From a bacterium (lineage in GTDB: Bacteria; Babelota; Babeliae; Babelales; Vermiphilaceae), in the NCBI GenBank assembly GCA_030626185.1, contig DAOUPL010000001.1:1-36614 (forward strand): a DNA stretch of 36,614 nucleotides, read 5' to 3'. Positions 1 through 8,772 of this stretch are shown here, piece by piece. Position numbers and translations under genes: made by a program. Positions within the stretch are counted from its first letter, which is position 1. Every line of letters begins with the position of its first letter. The notes beneath the pieces were generated by a model. The model searched no databases and was not told the DNA's origin. It saw only the letters and a program-made list of their open reading frames with translations.

Positions 1-191
1 CTAAATAAAAAAAGTTTGCGAAGAAAACGCTTTCAAGCCGCATTAGATGAGAGTTATATTGCACATCTTATTGGATTAAAGGAAAATTAGATGCGTTTGC
101 CCTGATGGAGATCCTAACAAACAAGACAAAACAATCTTTTTTGTACATACTGGTACCAATTAAAATTTTAAACATTACAACAGGAATAGTC

Positions 192-725
192 ATGCAAAAA
201 AAATCACTACAATCTTTTTTGTTATCAATTTTGCTACTTGGCAGTTTTATTTCAATTGATCTCTACGCAAGCAGCAGTGATGCTAGTTGCTCACTTGATC
301 CACTAGAAGAGGCATTAGATTGTATTGAAATAAATGATCTATGCAGCCTTCATGAATTAATCAAAATGAATCGACTCGACACGCAATATTTACTAAAATG
401 CGCCTTTTATTATGAAAACCTAAACGTAATAACTTTTTTAATGAGTGAGTATGGCGCATCACCCTTTAAGAAAAATAAAAGCAACTTCAAACCTATTGAT
501 TACTGCACAAGCAAATCAATAAAAAAAGAAGTGTATTATTCAAGATTAGGACAAGCTTTACTACACCATCATAAAAAAACAAATTCTAATAAAGCAAATC
601 AACTCAATATGACAGCTAATCTATTTTATCACTTATGCAGCTGCCGAGAATTCTATTCAGATATAGAAAGTAGATCTGAATTTTTTACTACACCTACATC
701 TTCTAGCGAAGAAGATACAAAGTAA
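192..725 (+). CDS. Secreted hypothetical protein, possibly with one ankyrin-like repeat
   Basis: The ORF is 105..725. I prefer the ATG at 192 because AGGA (182-185) lies 6 nt upstream. The product then starts MQKKSLQSFLLSILLLGSFISIDLYA, a Sec-type signal. LLKCAFYYENLNVITFLMSEYGASP resembles an ANK repeat. I recognise no family. Confidence 0.5.
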   Translation: MQKKSLQSFLLSILLLGSFISIDLYASSSDASCSLDPLEEALDCIEINDLCSLHELIKMNRLDTQYLLKCAFYYENLNVITFLMSEYGASPFKKNKSNFKPIDYCTSKSIKKEVYYSRLGQALLHHHKKTNSNKANQLNMTANLFYHLCSCREFYSDIESRSEFFTTPTSSSEEDTK

Positions 726-727
726 AT

Positions 728-1009
728 CTATTCTAAAATACGAAAAACGCCACGAAAATCTTTTTTTGTCGTATACGGCTCTATCTCTAATGGATGGAGC
801 TGATGCGTTTCTACTTGTTCATGAAGTACATCTAAAAACGCCTCAACATTATCAAAAACTCCTGAAACGATAACATAAACAATATTTTCGGTTTTTTTTA
901 ATTGTGCCATTCCTTCCAGCCCTTGCTCTCGAGCATATTTTAGAACAACTTCTTTTAAAAAATTTTTTGGTATTTGCGCATTAAACGTGATGACTAAAGT
1001 TTGACGCAT
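728..1009 (-). CDS. Small alpha/beta protein, acylphosphatase-like fold (tentative), function unknown
   Basis: 93-aa ORF whose ATG at 1009 is preceded by AAGGAGAAG. The pattern GLEGMAQLKKTENIVYVIVSG..VEAFLDVL..FRGVFRI resembles the acylphosphatase fold, but the catalytic VQGVGFR motif is absent. Confidence 0.45.
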   Translation of the reverse strand: MRQTLVITFNAQIPKNFLKEVVLKYAREQGLEGMAQLKKTENIVYVIVSGVFDNVEAFLDVLHEQVETHQLHPLEIEPYTTKKDFRGVFRILE

Positions 1010-1145
1010 TGCTTCTCCTTTTTTTGCTTCGGATCAAAAAATACCAAAGTTTATCTAACTTTGTCAAAAGTTATCTTACAAGATCATCAAATATGATAGG
1101 ATAATAAAAAGTTAAATTATCCTTGATCATTTGGAAAAAACAATT

Positions 1146-2570
1146 ATGAGTAACAAAAATTATCGCTTGCGCTTTGCACCAGCGCCAACAGGCATGATGC
1201 ACTTAGGCAATGTGCGCACAGCACTTATGAACTTTTTATTTGCCAAACAAAACAATGCTGCTTTTGTGCTTCGCGTAGAAGATACCGACCCATCACGAAA
1301 CTTTGACCCACAAGCAAAACAAATTATGGCTGATCTGGCATGGCTCGGCATCACCTTTGACGAAGGACCATTTTTTCAGTCACAGCGCACAGAAACTTAT
1401 AAAGAAAAATTAGAGCAATTAATCAAAAGCAATCACGTGTACCGCTGTTTTTGTTCAGAAGATGAACTTAACAAAAAACGTGTACGCCAACGCGCACTGC
1501 GCACGGCACCACGCTACGATCGTGCATGCGCCAAACTTTCTGATGGTGAAATAAAAAAACGCCTTGAAAATAATGATTCTTTTATCTGGCGCCTCAAACT
1601 TGATCATGACAAAACAATAACCATTAGCGACCTTGCACGTGATAACATTGTTTTTGAATGCAAAAATTTTTCAGACTTTCCCCTCACACGTTCTGATGGC
1701 ACGTTCACTTTTATGTTTGCCAACTGCATCGACGACATCACTATGAACATCACGCATGTTTTTAGAGGTGAAGATCATTTGAGCAACACTGCAGGGCAAG
1801 CAGCATTGTTTGAAATCTTCAATCAACCATTGCCAACATTCTGGCATATGCCAATTTTGTGCAACATTGATGGCAAAAAACTTTCTAAGCGTGATTTTGG
1901 TTTTTCGTTAGTAGATTTAAAAAAAGAAGGTTATCTGCCAGAGGCACTGGTCAATTATCTTGCAATGACCGGCACATCGTTTAGTCACAAACTCAAAACT
2001 CTCGAACAATTAACCGGTGAATACAACTTTACCAACATTCACGGTAGCGGTCAGATTAAATATGACCCACAACAACTTATACTTCTTAACAAAAAATGGA
2101 TTCAACATCTTGATAATGATGATTTAGCAACGCGATGCTCAAGTTATCTTAAAGAAGAAATTGAAAAAGCTAATCTTTCACAAGAACGCCTCGCTCACTT
2201 ATTATCATTTGCAAAAAGTGAAATGAGCAGACTCGCTGATTGCAAAAAAGCACTTGCGCCAATTATTAACATCCCAAACATTTCAGCAGAACTTTTTATT
2301 GAACATGTTTCTGCCGACACGCTTGCTATAATTATTCCTATCATAAAAGCACACATGAATACTCTTGATAATCCTAATGCGTTTGTAAAAGCGATTAAAC
2401 ATGCAGCGTATGAAAGTGACATAAAATTACGACAGTTATTCTACTTTCTTCGTCTTGCCTTGATGGGCAACGTACAAGGATACGGTATATTTGAATTGAT
2501 CAGCATGCTTGGCAAGCAAGAAAGTACCGAACGACTCAATCGTGCGATTGCGCTGGTAACAAGCGGTTAG
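1146..2570 (+). CDS. gltX: Glutamyl-tRNA synthetase
   Basis: Class I aaRS motifs are present: RFAPAPTGMMHLGNVRTAL (HIGH = HLGN), VLRVEDTD and KLSKRD (KMSKS). I place the start at ATG 1146. An in-frame TTG at 1131 is also open. Confidence 0.93.
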   Translation: MSNKNYRLRFAPAPTGMMHLGNVRTALMNFLFAKQNNAAFVLRVEDTDPSRNFDPQAKQIMADLAWLGITFDEGPFFQSQRTETYKEKLEQLIKSNHVYRCFCSEDELNKKRVRQRALRTAPRYDRACAKLSDGEIKKRLENNDSFIWRLKLDHDKTITISDLARDNIVFECKNFSDFPLTRSDGTFTFMFANCIDDITMNITHVFRGEDHLSNTAGQAALFEIFNQPLPTFWHMPILCNIDGKKLSKRDFGFSLVDLKKEGYLPEALVNYLAMTGTSFSHKLKTLEQLTGEYNFTNIHGSGQIKYDPQQLILLNKKWIQHLDNDDLATRCSSYLKEEIEKANLSQERLAHLLSFAKSEMSRLADCKKALAPIINIPNISAELFIEHVSADTLAIIIPIIKAHMNTLDNPNAFVKAIKHAAYESDIKLRQLFYFLRLALMGNVQGYGIFELISMLGKQESTERLNRAIALVTSG

Positions 2571-2793
2571 CTTTTTGTTCAAACGCTTGCACAAAACCTT
2601 GTTGTTGATAAAATTTCATAAGCGTACAAAACTCATCGTTCATCGCTGGAGCTACAAAAAATTCAAGCAATCCTTTTTCAGCATTAAGTGTTCGTATAAA
2701 CACGAGATTATCGAAACTTTTTAACGTTGCGCTAACAAACCATGTTGTTGAACGAACAACAATTGCTTGATAATAAACTGAAGATAATGACAT
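2536..2793 (-). CDS. Small conserved hypothetical protein (DUF4911-like, tentative)
   Basis: 85-aa ORF whose ATG at 2793 is preceded by AAGGA. The segment FDNLVFIRTLNAEKGLLEFFVAPAMNDEF matches my memory of the DUF4911 pattern. Its 3' end overlaps the gltX 3' end by 35 nt in convergent orientation. Confidence 0.4.
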   Translation of the reverse strand: MSLSSVYYQAIVVRSTTWFVSATLKSFDNLVFIRTLNAEKGLLEFFVAPAMNDEFCTLMKFYQQQGFVQAFEQKANRLLPAQSHD

Positions 2794-2914
2794 GTTATCC
2801 TTATGTAAAACAAAATGTAAAACAAAAAAACTATCTTTTATTTGTCACAACAAGTAAAGAAGGTTATTATTAAAGCATATTTATTTTTTTAACATTATAC
2901 CAAAAGGACGATTT

Positions 2915-4129
2915 ATGTCAGCCGCACAAGCCAATAAAGTTGGCCTTGCAACTGCAACAATTATCGGCATTAATGCCATGATTGGTTCTGGAATTTTTAC
3001 TGCTCCTGCTACAATTGCCACAAACATTGGCCCCGCAGGAATAGTTGCTTATATTTTTGTGGTTGTAGCTGTCTGGTTTATGGCGCTTTCATTATCTCGT
3101 CTTGCAATGTTGTATCCACAAGAAGGATCATTTTACACCTACACAAAACCATGGGCTGGTCACGTTGGTGGCTTAATCGCCGGAGGATTTTACCTTGTTG
3201 GCCTCATTGTTGCAATGGGTTTATTATCTCGCGTTGCGGGTAACTACTTGCATCACGTTATTCCATCACTCAGCGTACACACATTAGGATTATTCACCTT
3301 GCTCAGCATTGTTGTACTTAATCTTTTTGGTGTTGCTTTGTCGCAACTTGGGCAACATATTTTAATTGTAACGACATTGTTCCCATTAGTTGCAACAACT
3401 ATTTTATGCTTTTTTTATGCTGATCTAAGCAACTTAACACCATTTGCACCGTACGGATTTACTAACGTGTTTAAAGCAACGCGTATAGTAATTTTTGGAT
3501 TTTTTGGTTTTGAGTCAGCAGCATCACTATTTTCTGTAGTAAAAAATCCCGCAAAAAATGTACCTCGCGCACTTACTTACTCAATTTTAGTTGTAGGTAC
3601 TGTGTACACCTTGTTTATCACATCAATTATTTCGTCAGTTCCTATGGAACTTTTTGCAAACCCTGAAACACCTTTGTCAGAAATTATTGCACATTTAATT
3701 CCAGAAAATACCTGGATTATTAACATGATTCATTTTGCAATATTATCAGCAATTATTGGCACTGTTCACTCGATGGTGTGGGGCTCAAGTATGTTTTTAC
3801 TTGATCTTGCAAAAAAAGCAAACAACAACGCTAAACAATACGCATCAAACATGCCTAAGCGAGCTCATCAATGTGCTGTGCTAACGGTTGGAGCTGGTAT
3901 CTATTTAGCATTTGATAGCATTGATAATTTATCATTATTCTTTTTCATCACAGCAGCATGCATAGTTTCTGCTTATATTCTTTCGATGATGACCTTGTTA
4001 TTTGATAAAAAAGAATGGCAAACTTTTGGTATAGTTAAAACACTTTTGGGGATTTCAACAGGGCTCATGATCTTATACTTTTCAATTGAAGGTTTAGTCA
4101 TTGAAGTAATAAGTATGCTGAGCAATTGA
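2915..4129 (+). CDS. Amino acid permease, APC superfamily
   Basis: 404 aa with about 12 hydrophobic helices. The N-terminal signature is GLATATIIGINAMIGSGIFTAPATIA, and FGFFGFESAAS follows. AAAGGA precedes the ATG. Confidence 0.85.
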   Translation: MSAAQANKVGLATATIIGINAMIGSGIFTAPATIATNIGPAGIVAYIFVVVAVWFMALSLSRLAMLYPQEGSFYTYTKPWAGHVGGLIAGGFYLVGLIVAMGLLSRVAGNYLHHVIPSLSVHTLGLFTLLSIVVLNLFGVALSQLGQHILIVTTLFPLVATTILCFFYADLSNLTPFAPYGFTNVFKATRIVIFGFFGFESAASLFSVVKNPAKNVPRALTYSILVVGTVYTLFITSIISSVPMELFANPETPLSEIIAHLIPENTWIINMIHFAILSAIIGTVHSMVWGSSMFLLDLAKKANNNAKQYASNMPKRAHQCAVLTVGAGIYLAFDSIDNLSLFFFITAACIVSAYILSMMTLLFDKKEWQTFGIVKTLLGISTGLMILYFSIEGLVIEVISMLSN

Positions 4130-4178
4130 CGCGCAACTAACGAGCGTGCTATATCTGTAGCAAAATAGAAGGAAACGC

Positions 4179-5699
4179 ATGTTTGAAAAGAACAAGCATT
4201 ATAAAATGAAATTAAATATTTTTATTATTGCAGGCATCGCATTATTGAGCGGATCAAACACATTGTTTGCTTTGCGTTCAACACTTACGCGACACGATGT
4301 TTTTCCGTTGTACAGCACTGTTGATCCAATGGACAAAATGTTAGTGCGCAAACAGAAACTCGAACTTTTTGACGCTGAATGGGCTGACGACAAAGGAGAA
4401 CGTTTTTTCTTTAGCGCTGCACCATTCGCACAAAACGCCGATCGTGGAAAACCAATGAGCGGCGGTTATTTTTTTGATTTAATGGATGCACTACTTGATC
4501 GTGATGAAGATAAAATTGACGATACCGACTTACGTTTTGAACGTTGCACACGTTCTGTTCCATTAATGGATCTTACTGGTCGCACACCAATGATTCCACT
4601 GGTGTTTGGTGATCTTCCACAAGGCAGAACACTTGGGCCATTATTGCAAGAAGCACAAAGTGAGTTGTTCCCTGGGCTAATGCCACCAATTAATGATGAA
4701 AATGTAATTGACCCATGCGAAGAATTTGGTTATTTTACTTTCTTCTCTAAAAAAGTTGGCAAAGTAAAATATCGCAAACGTGGTATTCGCTTTGATATGA
4801 GTTTACGCTTAGGACAAGATTTTGGTTTTAACCTACAAACTGGTGTGGCATCAATTTGCCAAACACGCGTTGAGCCAACCGATTTAACTGATCGCTTAAC
4901 GATTAGCAATGACCGTCTTGACTCTAATGGCACTTTTAACGGTCTCAAGCCTAATGACGTACAAGACTTTTTGATGGAACGTCTTGATTGCATAGCACAA
5001 GAAATAAAATTTGATCTTGCTGGTTATCAAAAAACTTCGATAGAAGAAGTACGAGCACAACTTTATTGGCGACACATCTTTAACATTGATCCTGACGATT
5101 ACAAAAAATGGCCCCACTTTTTATTCATCCCGTATCTACAACTTGGTGCAAGTTTCTCGCCAGAAGATCATCGCGATTACAACAAATTTTATAGCCTCGC
5201 CTTTGGCAACAACGGTCATCACTCAGTTGGCTTAAATGCTGGTCTTGCAATCGACTTTGCAGAAACTATAGAAATTTCTGGTGAAGTTGGTTACCTTCAC
5301 TTCTTTGACCAAACAATTGATTGCTTTAGAGTGCCAAACAGTAAACTACAAAACAACATCTTCCCGTTCACTACTTCTGTAGAGCTTGATCCTGGTCATA
5401 ACTGGCATTTTGCAGGTAAAATTGCTGCTCATCACTTTTTAGACAATCTTTCAATGTTCTTTGAATACATCATGGTAGAACACGCACCAGATGAAATTTG
5501 TCTCAAAAAAGCTGATTCTGCGTTTAAACCAGAAGTGTTAGAACGTCAATCAGGTTGGAAGACAAAACTTGCAAACATTGGCTTTAATTATGATATCTCA
5601 CCAAATATCACGTTAGGCTTCTTGTGGCAGGCACCATTATCACAACGCAACACATACCGTAGCACAACGTTGATGTTCAGTATTAGTGGTACGCTATAA
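4179..5699 (+). CDS. Secreted protein, putative outer-membrane beta-barrel
   Basis: GAAGGA lies 6 nt upstream of ATG 4179. The signal peptide is ..MKLNIFIIAGIALLSGSNTLFA. The C-terminal half has alternating hydrophobic strands and ends in a beta-signal-like TLMFSISGTL. I recognise no family. Confidence 0.5.
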   Translation: MFEKNKHYKMKLNIFIIAGIALLSGSNTLFALRSTLTRHDVFPLYSTVDPMDKMLVRKQKLELFDAEWADDKGERFFFSAAPFAQNADRGKPMSGGYFFDLMDALLDRDEDKIDDTDLRFERCTRSVPLMDLTGRTPMIPLVFGDLPQGRTLGPLLQEAQSELFPGLMPPINDENVIDPCEEFGYFTFFSKKVGKVKYRKRGIRFDMSLRLGQDFGFNLQTGVASICQTRVEPTDLTDRLTISNDRLDSNGTFNGLKPNDVQDFLMERLDCIAQEIKFDLAGYQKTSIEEVRAQLYWRHIFNIDPDDYKKWPHFLFIPYLQLGASFSPEDHRDYNKFYSLAFGNNGHHSVGLNAGLAIDFAETIEISGEVGYLHFFDQTIDCFRVPNSKLQNNIFPFTTSVELDPGHNWHFAGKIAAHHFLDNLSMFFEYIMVEHAPDEICLKKADSAFKPEVLERQSGWKTKLANIGFNYDISPNITLGFLWQAPLSQRNTYRSTTLMFSISGTL

Positions 5700-5794
5700 A
5701 GAATTCAAAAAATTAGACAAAGAGCTAAAGTAACGCTAAAATAAAGTATAATTACTGTATTAGATTATAAAATCGAAGGATAGGTACATTACCT

Positions 5795-6022
5795 ATGAGC
5801 AAAAAGAAAACAAATCTCGAAGTTAATGTTTTTGGCCCCGCAGATCGCGCTTTGCGTCGTCTAAAAAAGCTTTGTGAACGTGAAGGCGTAGTAAGAGACA
5901 TGAAGCGTCGTGTCTACTTTGAACCAAACACACAAAAGCGTCGCAAACGTTTAGTACGCGCTATTAAACAAAATATGACTCGTATGATTGCTCAAGGACT
6001 CATTGCTGTTCCTAAAAATTAA
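5795..6022 (+). CDS. rpsU: 30S ribosomal protein S21
   Basis: 75 aa and very basic. ADRALRRLKKLCEREGVVRDMKRRVYFEPNTQKRRKR matches the S21 pattern. Confidence 0.9.
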   Translation: MSKKKTNLEVNVFGPADRALRRLKKLCEREGVVRDMKRRVYFEPNTQKRRKRLVRAIKQNMTRMIAQGLIAVPKN

Positions 6023-6393
6023 TGAAAACTAATCGCGTACAAGATATTAAACGAGCTCAAAAAGAGTCGTTATTGTTTCAGAAACTTTCTGAATTCTTTT
6101 TACGCATCAAGCAAGATGAACCAAGCTTGCAAACATTGACACTCAATCGTGTGCGATTATCAAAAGATAAAAGTATGTGTAATGTTTACTTTATCGCTAA
6201 TGGTGGAATTAAGGCATTTGAAGAAATGCTCAAAACATTAGTTTTGTACAAACCATCAATGCGTTCATCACTCGCAAAATCAACGCATGCACGTTACACG
6301 CCACAAATTAAATTTCGCTATGACGAACATGCAGAAGAACAAGAACGCGTTAATGCATTGATTGATCGATTAAAAGACGAAGGTAACTTATAA
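6022..6393 (+). CDS. rbfA: Ribosome-binding factor A
   Basis: 123 aa. RVQDIKRAQKESLLFQKLSEFFL...LTLNRVRLSKDKSMCNVYF fits the RbfA KH-like pattern. Its start overlaps the rpsU stop (TAATG). Confidence 0.85.
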   Translation: MKTNRVQDIKRAQKESLLFQKLSEFFLRIKQDEPSLQTLTLNRVRLSKDKSMCNVYFIANGGIKAFEEMLKTLVLYKPSMRSSLAKSTHARYTPQIKFRYDEHAEEQERVNALIDRLKDEGNL

Positions 6394-6407
6394 TTACAAC
6401 ACTTTTT

Positions 6408-7157
6408 TTGTTCACCTCATTTATTATTTTTCTTTGTTGGGGTTCTTTTTTAAATGTTGTAGGTTATCGCCTTATTCGTTCTATTGATCTTGTTTTTTTA
6501 CGCTCACGCTGTAATGCGTGCAAACAGACACTTACGTGGTACGATCTTATTCCCCTGCTTTCATGGTTATCGTTACGAGGCAAATGTCGTTACTGCAATG
6601 TGCCTATTTCTTTTTTGTATCCACTTATTGAGCTACTTACTGCAACAATGCTGACTGCGTTACTTGTTTATGTCCCAGAGGCTTATTTTTTTGCGTACGC
6701 GTTATTTTTTTCAGCGCTTATTGTCGTCATTCGTTCTGATTTAGAATCGATGCTTATTTCACGTTTTACGTCGCTCTATCTTGTGCCACTTGGTTGGTTG
6801 TTTGCACATCTAAAGATGATTCCATTGTCGTTATGGCAAAGTTTCACCATCTCAATTGGTGCATTTTTCTTTTTAACTGCAATTAGTTGGTTTTTCAATA
6901 AAGTAACGGGTAAACAAGGTATGGGCCAAGGAGACATTGATCTTTTTACACTCATTGGTGCGTTTACTGGCGTTGTTGGTTGTTGGTTTACGTTGTTATT
7001 TGCTTCGCTCACTGGTAGCGTTATTGGCATAGCTTATCTTTTATATACTAAACAACAAATCAATACCCGTATTCCGTTCGGTCCCTTTTTATCTTTTGGT
7101 GCAATGATTTATGTGTTGCACGCACCAACAATTATCAAATTATTGCTTACCAAATGA
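6408..7157 (+). CDS. pilD: Type IV prepilin peptidase / N-methyltransferase (A24 family)
   Basis: It has a Cys-rich N-terminal box, CNACKQTLTWYDLIPLLSWLSLRGKCRYCNVPISFLYPLIE. Catalytic Asp contexts are IRSDLES and GMGQGDIDLF. The protein is polytopic and starts at TTG. Confidence 0.85.
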   Translation: MFTSFIIFLCWGSFLNVVGYRLIRSIDLVFLRSRCNACKQTLTWYDLIPLLSWLSLRGKCRYCNVPISFLYPLIELLTATMLTALLVYVPEAYFFAYALFFSALIVVIRSDLESMLISRFTSLYLVPLGWLFAHLKMIPLSLWQSFTISIGAFFFLTAISWFFNKVTGKQGMGQGDIDLFTLIGAFTGVVGCWFTLLFASLTGSVIGIAYLLYTKQQINTRIPFGPFLSFGAMIYVLHAPTIIKLLLTK

Positions 7158-7375
7158 TCTAACCAATCGAAAATATAATCTTTTGCGATGGATTTCATCT
7201 CTTCGCCTGTAATCATTCTCTTCTTTTTTTTAGAGCTATTAGAAAAATCACTACATTTTTCATTTTTACAAATTTTTGATTCATAATTTGTAAACGACAA
7301 TATATATCGTCCTGGTTGCTCACTTGCAACAACCACATTACTCAAACAAATCAAAAGAAATAAAACAAACTTCAT
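7109..7375 (-). CDS. Small secreted hypothetical protein sharing its leader with the ankyrin gene
   Basis: 88-aa ORF beginning MKFVLFLLICLSNVVVAS. This is nearly identical, at DNA level too, to the leader of 7412..8281. AAGGA lies upstream. Its 3' end overlaps the pilD 3' end by 49 nt, so the true C-terminus is uncertain. Confidence 0.4.
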   Translation of the reverse strand: MKFVLFLLICLSNVVVASEQPGRYILSFTNYESKICKNEKCSDFSNSSKKKKRMITGEEMKSIAKDYIFDWLDHLVSNNLIIVGACNT

Positions 7376-7403
7376 ACAAATATTCCTTAATCAGCAAAAT
7401 CAC
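7321..7403 (-). repeat. Duplicated RBS-plus-signal-peptide cassette, copy 1
   Basis: It aligns without gaps to 8227..8309 (offset 906 bp) at about 85 percent identity. It covers 18 leader codons, AAGGA, and a relic TGTGATTTTGCTGATTAA that matches the pilin 3' end GATGATCTTGCTGATTAA. Confidence 0.9.
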
Positions 7404-7411
7404 AAAACCAT

Positions 7412-8281
7412 TTAAAGAATTATACAACAATCTTCTTGCGGTTGCGTTCTTATTGCACCATTTCTTCGTAACGTACTTATAATGCTTCCTCTATAACATG
7501 AAGACCAATTAAGAAACCTATTTACTGCGCGATAAAGGTCAACTTTATTCCCTGTGCGGCGTGAAATAAATGCTTCATCCGTAGAAGCGTTATTATTTAA
7601 TAATAACTCTATTAAAAGTGGATAACGATAATGAATCCGAATACAGGAAGCTAAAAGATTAAGACGATACGATCTATATCGAATCTGTCCTAAATTTACA
7701 TCTGCTCCATGATCTATTAAACATCGAATTAAATCAAATCTCTTTAAATTTAGCGTCACTGAACATGCCAAAAATAATGGAGTTAATTCACAATCTTTTT
7801 CGTCATCTTGTATTGTTTCATTTATTTCTGCGTTGTTGTCCAATAATAATTTTACTTTTTCAAGATAACCTTTTGCACAAGCCAACATTAATGGCGAATG
7901 TCCAGGACCATTTCTTACTGAAACATCAGCACCATTTTCTAACAACAATCTCACGCTATCAACTGAGCCATACTCACACATTAAGCTTAAAACTGTATCA
8001 CCAAAACGATTTGACTCATTAATCGTGTCTTTGATTGTGTCATCTTCTTCTAGGAAGTTTTGCAATTCAGCATAATCTCCATAACAACACATTCGCATTA
8101 AAAAAGTATTACCGTTCTCATCAATACCATTGTCGCCATCTGTTAATGGAGAAATATTATTTCTGAAATATTCTGGCCATTGTTTTGTCGAGTTTTCATC
8201 AAAATCATCTAACGGTATGTATTCATCACTTGCAACAACCACATTACTCAAACAGATCAACAAAAACAAAATAAACTTCAC
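7412..8281 (-). CDS. Ankyrin-repeat protein with signal peptide and C-terminal CaaX-like box
   Basis: There are at least 4 ANK repeats: GNTFLMRMCCYGDYAELQNFL, GDTVLSLMCEYGSVDSVRLLLENGADV, GHSPLMLACAKGYLEKVKLLLDNNAEIN and LTPLFLACS..LIRCLIDHGADVN. The leader is MKFILFLLICLSNVVVAS with a GTG start after AAGGAG. The protein ends ..EDCCIIL. Confidence 0.85.
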   Translation of the reverse strand: MKFILFLLICLSNVVVASDEYIPLDDFDENSTKQWPEYFRNNISPLTDGDNGIDENGNTFLMRMCCYGDYAELQNFLEEDDTIKDTINESNRFGDTVLSLMCEYGSVDSVRLLLENGADVSVRNGPGHSPLMLACAKGYLEKVKLLLDNNAEINETIQDDEKDCELTPLFLACSVTLNLKRFDLIRCLIDHGADVNLGQIRYRSYRLNLLASCIRIHYRYPLLIELLLNNNASTDEAFISRRTGNKVDLYRAVNRFLNWSSCYRGSIISTLRRNGAIRTQPQEDCCIIL

Positions 8282-8309
8282 AAAATCACTCCTTAATCAG
8301 CAAGATCAT
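8227..8309 (-). repeat. Duplicated RBS-plus-signal-peptide cassette, copy 2
   Basis: This is the partner of 7321..7403. It spans the ankyrin gene leader, its RBS and the last 5 codons plus stop of the pilin gene. Confidence 0.9.
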
Positions 8310-8772
8310 CATAAAAGACCATAATCTCGCCATCTTCATTAATCATTAAGATATCAGCGTTGCCATCGTTGTCAATGTCGCCAGCAGCTGCTGCGACAAA
8401 ACTATTTTTATTTGCATGCGTCATAGAGAGCGTTGATGCCGGTTCTTGTAACTTTCCGGTAAAATGTTGTGTGCCTTCAGCGCCACCAGAAAAACCATAC
8501 GTGTAATAAAAGTTTTCATCTTTTGTGCCACCTTTATACCCTTCTGGTTTCCAACCTGCACCTTTTTTACCAAACAACGTGGAGGTATACTCACCATTGT
8601 CAGCCCAGTAGGCTTTTTGTGCTACATAAATTGCATTTAAGTTCATATACGCTTCAGCCCGTTTTGATTTTGCTAAAAACCGCAAACCATTTGGCACAAC
8701 CAACATTGCAAGAAACGCAATAATCGCTACAACTACTATTAATTCAATAAGTGTAAAGCCTTTTTTCATCAT
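8293..8772 (-). CDS. Type IV pilin / pseudopilin-like protein with C-terminal DxDxDG motif
   Basis: The prepilin N-terminus is MMKKG/FTLIELIVVVAIIAFLAMLVVP, with Glu at +5. AGAGGA lies 7 nt upstream of ATG 8772, although the ORF opens at 8802. The C-terminus reads GDIDNDGNADILMINEDGEI. Confidence 0.85.
   Translation of the reverse strand: MMKKGFTLIELIVVVAIIAFLAMLVVPNGLRFLAKSKRAEAYMNLNAIYVAQKAYWADNGEYTSTLFGKKGAGWKPEGYKGGTKDENFYYTYGFSGGAEGTQHFTGKLQEPASTLSMTHANKNSFVAAAAGDIDNDGNADILMINEDGEIMVFYDDLAD

Noticed and set aside
1-90. Open frame running off the left edge (..SLRRKRFQAALDESYIAHLIGLKEN stop at 88-90)
   Set aside because: It may be the 3' end of an upstream gene. However, 29 codons with no recognisable motif are not enough to call a feature.
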